Below, in pieces: positions 1 through 11,387 of a DNA stretch of 64,000 nucleotides. Both the position numbers and the translations under genes were made by a program. The notes beneath the pieces were generated by a model. It was given only the letters and a program-made list of their open reading frames with translations. It was not told where the DNA came from and ran no database searches. Position 1 is the first letter of the stretch. Each line of letters starts with the position of its first letter. The DNA is from Rhynchopus sp. YZ270_cl-10 (taxonomy: Eukaryota), in contig OZ037841.1 of assembly GCA_964035575.1 (NCBI GenBank), positions 1,550,001-1,614,000 on the forward strand, read 5' to 3'.

Positions 1-199
1 AGCTCTACATTCTTTATTATAACCACAGTGTTATTGAACATAGTTCAAACGATCTGTCTTTACGCTGCGGTCAACGAAAAAAAAAAGATGTAGTCGATGA
101 ATATGGACATCTTCATGTTAGTTGATCAGTTGGGTATAATGTTATTGTTCATTTTTTTTTGTTCTCGTGGCAACCGTGTGCATGCCAAACGAGGTGCTC

Positions 200-278
200 T
201 CTGGGGTTCGATAACCCGCGGAAAAATCGGTGTCTGCATCCCCGAGGTGAGGCGCTTGCATTTTCAAACTTCTCTTTT
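200..278 (+). repeat. Dispersed two-hairpin motif, family B; full copies also at 11497-11571 and 13865-13945
   Basis: GGGGTTCGATAACC hairpin, then GTGYCTGCRTY...RAGGCGYTTG(TG)CAY hairpin, then an AACTTCWCTTT tail (tail absent in the 13865 copy). Confidence 0.8.
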
Positions 279-607
279 CTCTTTCTCTCTTTCTTTTTTG
301 AATGCAAACATTTCTAGAGATCCGTTAGTGTTTATTTGTCCGGAAATTATCCCCTGCCCCTTTTCCCTCTGTTAAAACAAAAGATTTCCCTCCAAACTTT
401 TCAACCTTCTCTCAAACCTCCCTCAACACACTCCCTACGCTTATCTTCTCGCCCGCAAAGCTGAAGTAAACAGACTGGCATGGCTTCTGTGACACGCCGT
501 GACCTTAGATTGATATGAAGGTGATAGTCTTCTGCTTCATTTCCCTCTGCTAACATCCCCTTACAGGCCACAAAGCAGCACATACCACAAATGAGATTGT
601 AGGGGCT

Positions 608-3229
608 ATGGGGTACGACCGCACGTCGTTCTCGCAGGAGCTGCAGGCGGAGCATATTGTGCTGGTCGGTGCACCCCCAGTGTTGCTTGCTGTAGTGATT
701 CTCGCGGCTGCAGGATGGGTGCTGATGGGGCGGAGGGTCAGGCTTGCTGTCCTGCTCACCATCTTAGTCTCCGCTGCCCTCATGTGTGTAGGGCTTGTCG
801 TCTGGGCTGTCACCTACGCCACCTCTCGCGATAGCATCCAAGACACAACCGAGAAGCTTCTCATATCAAAAGGGGACGAAGCGCTGCAACGGATCCACCG
901 TGAGTTCCACCCCGGCGTCTCTCTCGCAGAAAGCCTTCATGCCGTGGTCCAAGAAGGAACGCTCAGCCCTAATGCCAGCTGTACATGGCCAGATGGTGCA
1001 ATCACTGTGGACCGACATATCCATCTTTTCAACTTCTCCGGGTCAATTCAGATGGCCTACATCGGAAACCGTTTTGGAAGAGCGGTCGCGGTAATGAAAC
1101 CCACCCCAGCGCTGCCAGAGGACCACATTGAGATTAATGTTATGGGTTTTCCGGGGGATCCATTTCCGGTGTGGGCGGAATGCGAGCCGCGAAATTTTTT
1201 TTCTGATGACGAATGTGAGGCAAGGCACTTGCGAAATGAATGCGGACACAACACCACCACCGACGCGATGTGCCGTTCCTCCTGCGGGGCGGAGGGCAGA
1301 AAGCGTGCACATTGCTTTGGAGGCAACACCGCCGAGCACGGTGTCTTGGTAGGCGTCGTCGTACAACGGCAAGCAACACCATCCCGCTCTGGCCCGGTCA
1401 ATAGCACCTTTGTGGCACCGTCTGGGAATTTCAGTTCTGCAGCAAATCGCTTCGATCCGACGTCGAGGCCGTGGTTTAATGTTACTGCATTGCGCTGGTC
1501 GGAGCCTTATACGTACATCATGGTTGATAAAAGGGCAGCGGGGATCACAGTGTCAAAGGGAGTGTTCTCTCCCGAAGGAATGCATATCGCGACTGTAGGC
1601 ATCGACTACGACACGACCACTCTGTTCCCCATTATGCGCGACGTGCGGCCATCGGAAAACTCCGTCGCTGTGCTCACCATGCTCGACTACAGTATCGTAG
1701 CTGTGAGCCTTTCTAGCCAGCAGATCAACGAAGACCTCGACTGGCAGGTCCCCATAGATGCTGTGCTCAACATTAAAACAACCCCGTGGAGCCCAGAGTC
1801 GAAGATAAAACAGATGTTTGCCGTTCTCGACGGGAGGTACGGGAGTATCGAAAACATGATGACCCATCGTGCGCTTTTGCTGGACAAATCGGATGTGTTC
1901 ATGACGGTGCCGGTGGCAGTGCCAGGGGGGTTGCAGATGCTTCTTGCGATCACAGTGCCGCATGACGATATCATGGGGGATGCGGATCGAGCGTCCGTGC
2001 TGGCGCTTCTGCTCGCATTGGCGATAGTGTTTGCGTTTGCGTTGGTGGTGGTCATTCTCTTGACGTTGATGTTGCAGCCTTTGACAAGGCTTGAGGCAAT
2101 GATGCAACAGGTGGCATGCATGAAGCTTGACAACATGCCACCGATGCAAAGTGTCATCACAGAGCTCGAGAGCATGCATGAATCGTTCAGCGGGATGGTG
2201 CACAACCTGATTGAATATCGACAGTACATCCCGCACAACATTCTTTCTGTCACAGACGAGGCGCCACGCAATGCGATCAACGACGACGAAAAGGACTTAG
2301 GACTGGATGATATTCCTTCCGGAAGCGACAAGGACATGGTTGCCTCTGTCGTGTCGCTTGGCTTTGCGGCGTCCATAACTCAGGCGTCGCTGCGCCCGCA
2401 GCCGCTTACGTTGGTTCTTGGAAACATACACGAATTTCGTGCGATTGTGCTTTCTTATACACCGACAGAGCTTGGGATGTTCCACGAGACATACGTGGAG
2501 ACGTTCCTGGCGGCTACCCGTAACCTTCGTGGTGTTCTTGAGGAGTTTAGTGGTGACCACATCACCTCCTCCTTCAACGGTGCCATGGGCCAGCCTTGCT
2601 CAACACACGAAGTCAGCGGTGTACGCCTTGCCTACGAGATCACTTGCAACAACAAAACACGGGTTGCAATCAACTGCGCGGTCTGCACCGGCAAAGCCCT
2701 CTGCGGGAACATGGGGTGCTACAGCCTGAAGCGGTTTTCGTACCTTGGGGCGCCGATGCTGAATCTTCATATATTGGAGCGGTGGGGACGGATATGGGAC
2801 GTTCCGGTGATCGTGGATCATGGTATCGCGACGGATATGGGCATCGGCATGCGTTACGACATACGGACAATAGGCAAAGGGCGGGCAGTACGATGTGTTG
2901 AGTTGGTGGCGGAAATTGTGAAGGAAATGGACCACGAAACGACACACGAATGGATGTACCACCTGGAGGAGCGTGTCCTGCAGTACTCTGCGTACAACGC
3001 TGCTGTGGAGGCGCTGTACCGTGGTGACTTCGACGCAGCAGAGGAGCGTATTGCGCAGTGCCGCAAAAACCATCTGGACGTCCGTCACCTCCCCGCATGG
3101 CTAAACCACTGTCGCGAAAGAGACAGCCCCGCGGCACCCTTCCCCTACGACCGTGCAGGAGGTGCGCCTAATGAAGCAGCGTACGTCTGCGCAAAACCCC
3201 CTGTGCACATAGAGAAGGGGACCCTATAG
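608..3229 (+). CDS. Receptor-type class III nucleotidyl cyclase-like membrane protein (TM helices, Cache-like sensor, HAMP-like linker, degenerate cyclase domain)
   Basis: 873-aa ORF with N-terminal hydrophobic helices, a Cache-like 'FDPTSRPWF...WSEPY' segment, a further TM helix and HAMP-like 'PLTRLEAMMQQVA'. Cyclase-like motifs: 'TLVLGNIHEF', 'EEFSGDHI', 'GKALCGNMG', plus 'HEWMY'. Confidence 0.8.
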   Translation: MGYDRTSFSQELQAEHIVLVGAPPVLLAVVILAAAGWVLMGRRVRLAVLLTILVSAALMCVGLVVWAVTYATSRDSIQDTTEKLLISKGDEALQRIHREFHPGVSLAESLHAVVQEGTLSPNASCTWPDGAITVDRHIHLFNFSGSIQMAYIGNRFGRAVAVMKPTPALPEDHIEINVMGFPGDPFPVWAECEPRNFFSDDECEARHLRNECGHNTTTDAMCRSSCGAEGRKRAHCFGGNTAEHGVLVGVVVQRQATPSRSGPVNSTFVAPSGNFSSAANRFDPTSRPWFNVTALRWSEPYTYIMVDKRAAGITVSKGVFSPEGMHIATVGIDYDTTTLFPIMRDVRPSENSVAVLTMLDYSIVAVSLSSQQINEDLDWQVPIDAVLNIKTTPWSPESKIKQMFAVLDGRYGSIENMMTHRALLLDKSDVFMTVPVAVPGGLQMLLAITVPHDDIMGDADRASVLALLLALAIVFAFALVVVILLTLMLQPLTRLEAMMQQVACMKLDNMPPMQSVITELESMHESFSGMVHNLIEYRQYIPHNILSVTDEAPRNAINDDEKDLGLDDIPSGSDKDMVASVVSLGFAASITQASLRPQPLTLVLGNIHEFRAIVLSYTPTELGMFHETYVETFLAATRNLRGVLEEFSGDHITSSFNGAMGQPCSTHEVSGVRLAYEITCNNKTRVAINCAVCTGKALCGNMGCYSLKRFSYLGAPMLNLHILERWGRIWDVPVIVDHGIATDMGIGMRYDIRTIGKGRAVRCVELVAEIVKEMDHETTHEWMYHLEERVLQYSAYNAAVEALYRGDFDAAEERIAQCRKNHLDVRHLPAWLNHCRERDSPAAPFPYDRAGGAPNEAAYVCAKPPVHIEKGTL

Positions 3230-3280
3230 AACAGTCGCGAGGCTTTGGTTTTGATCTATTCTCTCTGTTTTTTTTTTTCT

Positions 3281-3354
3281 CTTGTGCTTTCATCCGGAGC
3301 TGGCATCGTACGTGGGTCAGTTGGAGGTGCCTGCTTTAATAACTTCACTTTTTT
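3281..3354 (+). repeat. Dispersed hairpin motif, family A; copies also at 12147-12218 and 26184-26258
   Basis: CTTGTGCTTTCAT..CGG..GCTGGCATYGTACGTGGGTCAGT..GAGGTGYCTGC in three intergenic regions; two copies end in ATAACTTCACTTTT. Confidence 0.85.
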
Positions 3355-4349
3355 GCTTCTGTAAGTTAAGGGGTGGCGCCAACCAAGGTACTGAAAGCAG
3401 CAGCTTGCCTCTTTATTTTGTGTGTGGTACACATGCAATGCCATATGCACTGCCACGTTTTGTATCAGTGCCCAAGGTAGTGCACCGTTTTATTTTTCTG
3501 ACAGTTTCACTTTGTATTTGTTCTTTCCCAGCCTCTTTGAGTGTTTAAGCTGACCCTAATATTTTAAAACTTTCGTTTACTTCAATTAGTAATCATGCAG
3601 CGAGGGTGCACCACACTGTCAGGGGATGAAGTGTGCCGTCTGCACTCCACCCATTTGGGGTATGCAGGACTATTCTGTATTGTCCTCAGGGAGGTAAACG
3701 TCCCTGCCCCTACTAAACAAACCCTGGTCAAGGTTAAAAAAAAAAATACTGGATTGCTGAGAACCCCATGAAGGGTGCTAAAACAGCAACCAACAGTCAG
3801 GCCAGAGCTCGCTCTGCCACATCTTGAGTTGCGGTGTGCCTGTCAATGACGCCCTCAACGGAAGGGCGAGCACCTTTTGATGAAGCCTTATCATCCTTGC
3901 TCCTTTCGTGGCAAGAGAACCACGCCTGCTTCCTGTGGAAAAGCGTGCGTGCGAAGAGAAAAAAAAAAAAAAGTAGTTGTTTATTTACGGTGCTTCCCCC
4001 CGTTGTCTGCTTTTAGTTTAGTGTAGTTACAAGCCCCCATTCCCCAACCCTTTCTTTTGTCTTTCGCGGAAAGGGAAATTTTTTTTGTCAGTTCTCTTCC
4101 GAGAAGAGACAAAAAAAATTCCTTTTACACTCGTAATGGCAAGACTCCGAGAAGGAGAGAAATGGCACAGACAGATATCACGGATATCTGGTTTTCCTCC
4201 TGGAGCTACCGCAGCACCAAGAAGCGAGGAAAGTCCCCAAGTAAAAAAAAGCACACACAGAGAGAATTTGTCCTCTGTTACCGCAGGAAAAAAAGAGTAT
4301 CCATTTTAAATATCTCCCGCCCCACCTCCACTCTATAATACCCTGTAGA

Positions 4350-6659
4350 ATGAATTTCAGTAGGCTTGCCTCACGACTCCCTGCCTTGCATTTATCGCTT
4401 CGGTGGTGCAGTTCTTCCCCTTACACTATGAGTGCCCTTCCTGTGCGTACGGCGAGCAAGGAGCCCAGCTCCTTTGCCAATCTCGATGAGGTGCGGGTGA
4501 AGCATGTGGCCTTTGACTGGGTGGTGGACTTTGAGAAGAAGGTTGTGCGCGGCTCTGTGACGCTTGATGTGCATGCCAGTGCTGATGCGGACAAAATCGT
4601 TCTGGACACCCGCGACCTGGCCATTGAATCCGTCTCCCTTGAAGGCACCCCTATCCCTGCCTTTTCCTTGGGCGAAGCAGACGCTGCCTTTGGCTCCTCC
4701 CTCACGATCCCTGCCTCTTTCAAGAAAGACACCACTTCCGCACTGACTATCTCCTACACCACTTCGCCAACTTGCACAGCTCTGAACTGGCTCACCCCTG
4801 CGCAAACCAGCGACGGCACGCATCCGTATATGTTCAGTCAATGCGAGGCAATCCACGCAAGGTCGCTCTTTCCCTGCCAAGACACTCCAGGGAACCGTGC
4901 AACATACTCCGCCAAGGTGACAGCGCCGCATCCACTTCAGGTGCTGATGTCCGCATTGCAGCAGGGGGAGGCGGTGACGGAGGGGGGCCTGACAACGACG
5001 GTGTGGTCGCAACCGGTGGCCATAGCGTCGTACCTCGTTGCGGTGGTGGTTGGGTTTGTGGAGAAGAGGGTCATCTCAGACAGAGTCGCCATCTGGAGCG
5101 AACCTGGGTGTGTCGACATGGCTGCACACGACTTCCGTGACACCGAAAAGGTTGTCAAAATTGGCGAAGACATCGTCGGCCCATACGTCTGGGGTCGTTA
5201 CGACGTCGTCTCCCTCCCCGGCTCCTTCCCCTACGGAGGGATGGAAAACCCCTGCCTCACCTTCGTCTCCCCCTCCATCGTGACCGGAGATCGTTCCCTC
5301 TTTTGTGTCGTCGCTCACGAAGTTGCGCATTCCTGGACAGGAAACCTTGTCGGGCCGGAAACCTGGGAGGACTTCTATTTGAACGAAGGCTTCACTATGT
5401 TCCTTGAACGTAAAATCATGAGTGTTGTGGAGGGCGCGGAGTATTTCGACTTGGACTCGGAGATTGGTCTGTCGACGTTGAAGGGGACGATAGAGAGCCT
5501 GGGTGAGGACAATCCGTTCACAGCGCTGCGGCCTGCGCTGGTCGGGGTGGACCCGGACGACTCTTTCTCGAGTGTGCCATATGAAAAGGGGTTCGCCTTT
5601 TTGATTTATCTTCGTGATGTGGTGGGGGACGAAGCTGCGTTTGATCTGTGGCTGCACGACTACATCCAGGACCACAAGCACCAGAGTATCACTTCTGAAA
5701 TCATGATTGCCCACCTCCGTGCCTGGTTCAGCGACGCGGGCAAAGGACACACCGTCGACTTCGGCAAAGTAGACTGGGCTGCCTGGCTCGACGCACCGGG
5801 CATGCCACCCGTCATCGCACACAAGCCCAGCCCCCTCGCACAGAAGGCAAAAGACCTTGCAGACCAATGGCTAGGGCTCATCGAAGGAGGGGGCACGCTC
5901 TCGGGTGAGGAAATGTCTGGATGGACGTCAGGCCAGACGTGCATTGCAATGGGGAGATTCGTGACGGAGGCGAAAAAGTTGGGTATGCTGCTTTATGTTA
6001 CAGAAAATTCTAGCATTGGTGGGTTTGTGGGCAAAAATGGTGGGGTTTTTTTTACCCCCAACGTTTGCTGGACTATGCTGACTGGACTATGCTGACTGGA
6101 AAAAAAAAACTACATCTGACATCCACACACCACACACCACAGAGAACGGGGTGCCGACAGAGGTGCTGACGAAGTTGGACAAAGCGTACGGCTTCAACGC
6201 CTCACCGAACAGCGAGTTCCTCAAACACTGGCTCATCCTCTGCATTCGGTATGTTGCGTGACTGACGTACATGAACACAACGTTGCCTGCACCTTAGTGT
6301 AGTCAACTCCCATCATGTACACTTCACATTCACAGATACAAATGGACGGGGCACGAGGAAGTGCTCCGCTCGTTCTTGAGCCGTATTGGCCGCATGAAGT
6401 TCACACTTCCCCTCTATTCTGCACTGAAGGCTGCCGACCCGAATCTCGCCAAGGAGCTGTTCGAGGTGAACCGCTTGAGGTATGTCTCCACGTTGACAGA
6501 AAGTAAAGAAATAAGTTGAGTACAAACTCTAGTGATCCGTCAAGATGGGTAGCTGCTATCTGACAGCGGTTTTGAGACACAACACAATACAGGTATCACC
6601 CCATCACCTCGAAGATGGTCGGCAAGATAATCGACGGAGGAAAAAGCCGTTTCGATTGA
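4350..6659 (+). CDS. LTA4H: Leukotriene A4 hydrolase-like M1 zinc aminopeptidase; exons 4350-5982, 6143-6248, 6336-6479, 6593-6659
   Basis: GGMEN and HEVAHSW-(x)-LNEG motifs, plus 'PYEKG'. Removing three GTATG...ACAG introns restores the LTA4H C-terminus ('NSEFLKHW', 'GRMKFTLPLY', 'YHPI') up to TGA at 6657-6659. Confidence 0.95.
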
Positions 6660-6823
6660 GAAACTAGTAAATTGCCGCGCCCCCTTTTTGGGGGAGGGAG
6701 GGGGGAAGCGAGAAGAAGTATAATTATTGCGTGTTGAAAAAGGTGAACAAGCTAGTGGGCATATTATCCGTTGTTTCTGTTTCTGTTTCCAATTTTTTTT
6801 TTAAACTATGCTGGATGGATAAA

Positions 6824-8366
6824 CATGGGTGTCCAAAGTACTTGAAGTACTTTTTTCGGATTTTTTATGGCACTTGAAGTACTTGACCCCCCCTTTTTTT
6901 TCCTCTCAAAATGACAGTCAAGTACTTGAAGATGGATCAAGTACTTGACATAAATCAAGTACTTGATACCATGTGTGTATGGGCATCACACCCTTTTTTC
7001 GAGAATTTGGGGGTGGGCATCACAAAAATTTCTATGGGTTTTTTACATGGGACTTTTTTTTTTGGGTTGCATCGCAGGGTTGTTTCTAGGATCTCGTTTT
7101 TTTTTCTCGGGGGGGGTCAATATTTTTCCCAAAAAAAATTTTTTTCCCGCCGGGAAAAAATGGTCTTTCAAGGGTTTTTGGGTGTATTCTGAGCTTTCTC
7201 GACGAAGCCTCGATCTCACCAAGAAAACCCCATCAAAGCTTCAGAATATCATGGTGGTACGTAGCTTCTGTGAGGGTATGAAACAGGTAAAGAAACGGTG
7301 GCCATGGCACCCAAAGGTTCCTGGCGAAGCCACGGTACGCAACATTTCTAAAATTGCGCTTAAAATTGCACTATTGTACAGCCAAACTATGTCATGGGAA
7401 GGGTGTGATGTAAGCTTGCGCCGCAGGCGCACGGTACGCTACTTTTATTCTTTTCGCAAAATCTTTTTTCTCACTCCCATCACCGTTCCACGTAGTGTAG
7501 TCGGTGCGGGTGTTGTCGCTCTTCACCAGTGCCAACGTAGTGCAGAGGCACTGCAGGATGGAAGATGTGCCAAACGTCACATTCCCCGTCACCTTCGTCG
7601 ACTCACCTTCAACCACATGAGACCACAGAGACATTTTTGGATTGGGATGTTCTGTTCTGAATGATGTTGATTTGGGTGAGGAGGAATTGTGGGTTATCAT
7701 TACGTATCGTGTGGTCACAGACTGCGCACCTTTCCCCAGTGACACTGTGTGGCCGAAACGAAACCGGATCATAAATCGATCAGTGATATTCTGGATTGAG
7801 CGCCGCAGGCAAACGGTACGGGACTTTTTTTTTTTTTTTTTTTCTTTTTTTTTCTTCTCCTTTTTTGGACTTTCCGGACCGATTGCGGAACGTGGTGGGG
7901 TCACACCATATGCAAAAAGCCTATGAGAAAATCCCTAGGGGAAAAAAAAAATCCTACACAAAAAACCCATAGAAAAAAAAAACCCCCCTGTACAAAAAAC
8001 CCATAGAAATTTTTCTCGGATTCTGAGAATTTCTCAAATCGGGCATCGGAATCACATTGCCCAAACACACATGCTTGATACCCTATTTTTTTTTCTCGTA
8101 CTTTTTTACTTTTTTACCCTCTGGCAGAGTCTGTCAAGTACTTGTTTTCGCAAAAAAACGTCAAGTACTTGATCAAGTACCCACTTTTTTTTGTACTTGA
8201 TCAAGTACTTGACGTTTTTTTTTTGTGAAAAAAGTACTTGACAGAGGGAGAACAAGTAAAAAAGTACTAGAAAAAAAAATAGGGTGTCAAGTACTTCAAG
8301 TATCAAGTATTGGGTTTTTTGGGGGATCAAGTACTTGATATACTTCAAGTACTTTGGACATCCATG
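6824..8366. mobile_element. Non-autonomous hAT-like element (outer)
   Basis: TIR CATGGGTGTCCAAAGTACTTGAAGTA / TACTTCAAGTACTTTGGACATCCATG, many subterminal CAAGTACTTG repeats, and GATAAA on both flanks (6818-6823, 8367-8372). Confidence 0.85.
6970..8073. mobile_element. Non-autonomous hAT element nested in the 6824-8366 element
   Basis: TIR CATGTGTGTATGGGCA / TGCCCAAACACACATG, exact 8-bp TSD CTTGATAC (6962-6969, 8074-8081), and inverted subterminal TTTCTATGGGTTTTT / AAAAACCCATAGAAA. Confidence 0.9.
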
Positions 8367-8867
8367 GATAAAACAAAAGAAAAGACAGTGTTTCCGTTAC
8401 AAAATTCGGATGAGTCTTTGGACTAGATACTGGTAAGAGAGATAAAACAACAACTCAAAAACAAAACAACCTGGTGCGAGATTGCAAAATGTACTATTAT
8501 TAAACAGCAACAACAACAACAAAAATGCCGCCAAATGTGCACAGGATATAAAGAAGTCTGGACAGCTGCTGTGTTTTATATGGGGTTGGGCGACTCATAA
8601 ATCCAACCAAGAGAACTAATTTTAAAACAACTTCCCAACGTGACAACGTGACACTTAAGCCAAACGAAACCAACACCTACCCATATTTGTTTTAAACCGT
8701 TTCCACCCCCCGCCACCCCATGACCACAGTCTCACATTTTTTATTTAACCCGCCAGGCACACAAAAAAAGCGGGGCACTCAGTCACCCCACCCCCCCTTT
8801 CTGGTTTCTCAACCTCTGCCCTCTCACTCTTCTCTCTTTCTCACTTCATTTCCTTCACTTTTCCACA

Positions 8868-11387
8868 ATGCTCGACGGTGCCTTTGGCTTCCGTGGGGTC
8901 AACACCGAACGCGCACAGGCACAACTCCTACGTGGAGAAGGGGAGGCGGAGGTTGAGGTTTTTGACGGAGAAAAGCTGTTTCTTGAGGGCTCCATTGTCT
9001 CCAGCACTACGGGGAATGGCTACCGTCTGTTGCAGACACCGCCGTGCGACTATGGTGATGCAGGTGTCGCTACTACCCTGCATGAAAACGAAGACGAAGA
9101 CGAAGATGAAGCTGACGACGACCCACCACCCCCATACACCGACGACGAAACAAGCAGCGAGCTCTCCGACATCCTCGCCTCCCTCGAGCGCGAAGAGGTC
9201 GAACGCCACATCGACACCACCACACCCACCGCCTACGACAGCACCAACCTCGCCAGCCCCCCGCCCCTCCCCTCTGGAGGTACCCCTCTCATATTCGGCA
9301 CCTCACCACGACGCGAAGAGAACCACATCAAACCACTGCAAAACCTGAACGGAGCAGAAACGAGAGAACACCAAAGACAATCAAAATTGAGAAATCCGTA
9401 TCAAGAGAACAAAGAAGAACACCCCGAAATCTCATCCGAATTCGATGCAAAAAGGGGAACACAGATTGGAAGCGGTGAAGGGATTGGACGGAAACCCACC
9501 CCTCCCGCACCTCCCGCAACTGGACGGATAATACGTGGGGCATACCAGACACAACAATACCCTACTGAGGGGGAAGAGGCACGAGACAGATCTCCCACGC
9601 CGCCACCATCTCCACAGGGGAGGAAGGGGCGCGCATATCAGACACAGCAGTATCCTGGGAGGATCGCTGCGGAACGAAGGTCGCCAACACCGCCACCATC
9701 GCCTTCGGGGAAGCGGGCCTATCAAACAAAACAGTATCCGATGGGGCAAGGAAATTCACCACCGCCACCTGAGGCAGAACAAAAGGAGCGGAGACGGGCC
9801 TACCAAACACAAGAATATCCTGGATCAGGGATGGATGCACGCAACCCCTTTGATTCTCGCAGCGGGACACCTACACCGCCACCGTCACCTCTCAAGAGCA
9901 CATATGAACACACATCACTCCATTCCGATACACATTCAATTGGAGGGACAGCGGAATCTTCTGAACCACTCAAGGCAAGACCCCTGAAGGTGGTGCAAAA
10001 GAACAACCAAATACAAAGGGATGCAGAAATATACCCTGCATCTCCAGCAGGGTCTCCTCCGGTGATGGATGAAAACGAAGATGTTTCTTCGAATGGTGAG
10101 ATCGAAGGTTTGTTTGATCTGTACGCACCGAAAGCAAATGAAGCATCAGAGGAAGAAGAAGACGGGAAAATCCACATTGCGTTTGATTCCTACCGTTTTG
10201 ACACTTCGCAGCTTTATTACAATGCAGAAGGGGCCTTTAAGGATACAGAACCAACCCTTCTCCCTGGAAGATTCTATAGTGATAACAACACAAATAATAC
10301 TACCGACACCGATGGTGCGGAGCATTGCAACAGCTCCTTCGGGCCCACAACTGTACACAATGAAACCGGAGATACTTCTGAAGACATTTTATTCAGTCAA
10401 TCACTTAATAAAGTTGGGGGAGGGACTCCGGAGACTAGGGTTGTTCATTTGGATTTTTCGCAGTACAGAGATATGGATACTTCTTACCTTTATCATGATG
10501 AAGAGGCAACTGGGGGGGTAGGGACAAAGGGGGAGGAAGACAACGGCAGAAGGCCGCGACGAAAGGTGCGGAAGAGTGTACGTCCGAAGAGAACAACGGA
10601 AGCGGCAGCAAAGAGGAGGTTGGAAGGGTTTGAGGGCATGGAGGATCTGACCTCCTCTGCAGAAGGTGTGGTAGGGCGCTGTTTGCGGTGCAACAAAGAC
10701 GATGGGGTGGCATATTGCACAACGTGCACCGCAGATAATACAAATTCACTTTGTGTTTCGTGTTGGTGGGAGATTCATCGTTCCCCTGCACTGCAACAAC
10801 ATCGACCCCATTTTTTAACAATGTGCGCAAAAAAACAATGCTCTGCAGGGAACAATAGTGGTGATGTCTCTCCAGCGCTTTGGCGATGCGCGGACTGCAA
10901 AATAGATTTTTGCAAAACCTGCTGGCAAGCGACGCATTTTAGTGCAGACGCCGACTACCACCTACGCACCCACAAACCAATCAACATCTTTGAAACCGAC
11001 AACTCCCCTCTTCTACTCAACGATTCGCCAATACGTCCAGCCCCAACCTCTGCACCAACGGTAACAGCCCCGCAATGGGAGGAGGAGACACTACGTACAG
11101 GGGTGGACCCTTCGCTTCGGTATCGTCTGATGAATTTCTTCTCGGTGAGATGCCCGCAGAAGCTCCCGTCGGTGATGCCTACCCTACGGCAATTCAAAGG
11201 GGACGAAGAAGCGATGTTCCACGCACTAACCCTAGAGTACGGAGCGGAACCTAAATCCGACTACCTTAGCCTCCGAATGCCTGAAGGGTGGAAGGTTGTG
11301 CAAACACCAAGTGGCGATGTCTTCTATTTGCACACCTCTGGGGAAAAGCAGTGGCAGCACCCAGCTCATCCTACGCATGCGTTGTGA
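8868..11387 (+). CDS. Largely disordered protein with tandem B-box-type zinc fingers and a C-terminal WW domain
   Basis: 839-aa ORF with two CxxC...CxxC...CxxCW..xH...H units and WW 'MPEGWKVVQTPSGDVFYLHTSGEKQWQHP'; internal RAYQTQQYP/SPTPPPSP repeats. Confidence 0.85.
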   Translation: MLDGAFGFRGVNTERAQAQLLRGEGEAEVEVFDGEKLFLEGSIVSSTTGNGYRLLQTPPCDYGDAGVATTLHENEDEDEDEADDDPPPPYTDDETSSELSDILASLEREEVERHIDTTTPTAYDSTNLASPPPLPSGGTPLIFGTSPRREENHIKPLQNLNGAETREHQRQSKLRNPYQENKEEHPEISSEFDAKRGTQIGSGEGIGRKPTPPAPPATGRIIRGAYQTQQYPTEGEEARDRSPTPPPSPQGRKGRAYQTQQYPGRIAAERRSPTPPPSPSGKRAYQTKQYPMGQGNSPPPPEAEQKERRRAYQTQEYPGSGMDARNPFDSRSGTPTPPPSPLKSTYEHTSLHSDTHSIGGTAESSEPLKARPLKVVQKNNQIQRDAEIYPASPAGSPPVMDENEDVSSNGEIEGLFDLYAPKANEASEEEEDGKIHIAFDSYRFDTSQLYYNAEGAFKDTEPTLLPGRFYSDNNTNNTTDTDGAEHCNSSFGPTTVHNETGDTSEDILFSQSLNKVGGGTPETRVVHLDFSQYRDMDTSYLYHDEEATGGVGTKGEEDNGRRPRRKVRKSVRPKRTTEAAAKRRLEGFEGMEDLTSSAEGVVGRCLRCNKDDGVAYCTTCTADNTNSLCVSCWWEIHRSPALQQHRPHFLTMCAKKQCSAGNNSGDVSPALWRCADCKIDFCKTCWQATHFSADADYHLRTHKPINIFETDNSPLLLNDSPIRPAPTSAPTVTAPQWEEETLRTGVDPSLRYRLMNFFSVRCPQKLPSVMPTLRQFKGDEEAMFHALTLEYGAEPKSDYLSLRMPEGWKVVQTPSGDVFYLHTSGEKQWQHPAHPTHAL

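Noticed and set aside
203..218. GGTTCGATAACCC as a tRNA T-arm or Pol III B box
   Set aside because: No upstream A box, D arm, anticodon arm or acceptor stem in any of the three copies; it folds better as a CGAT-loop hairpin.
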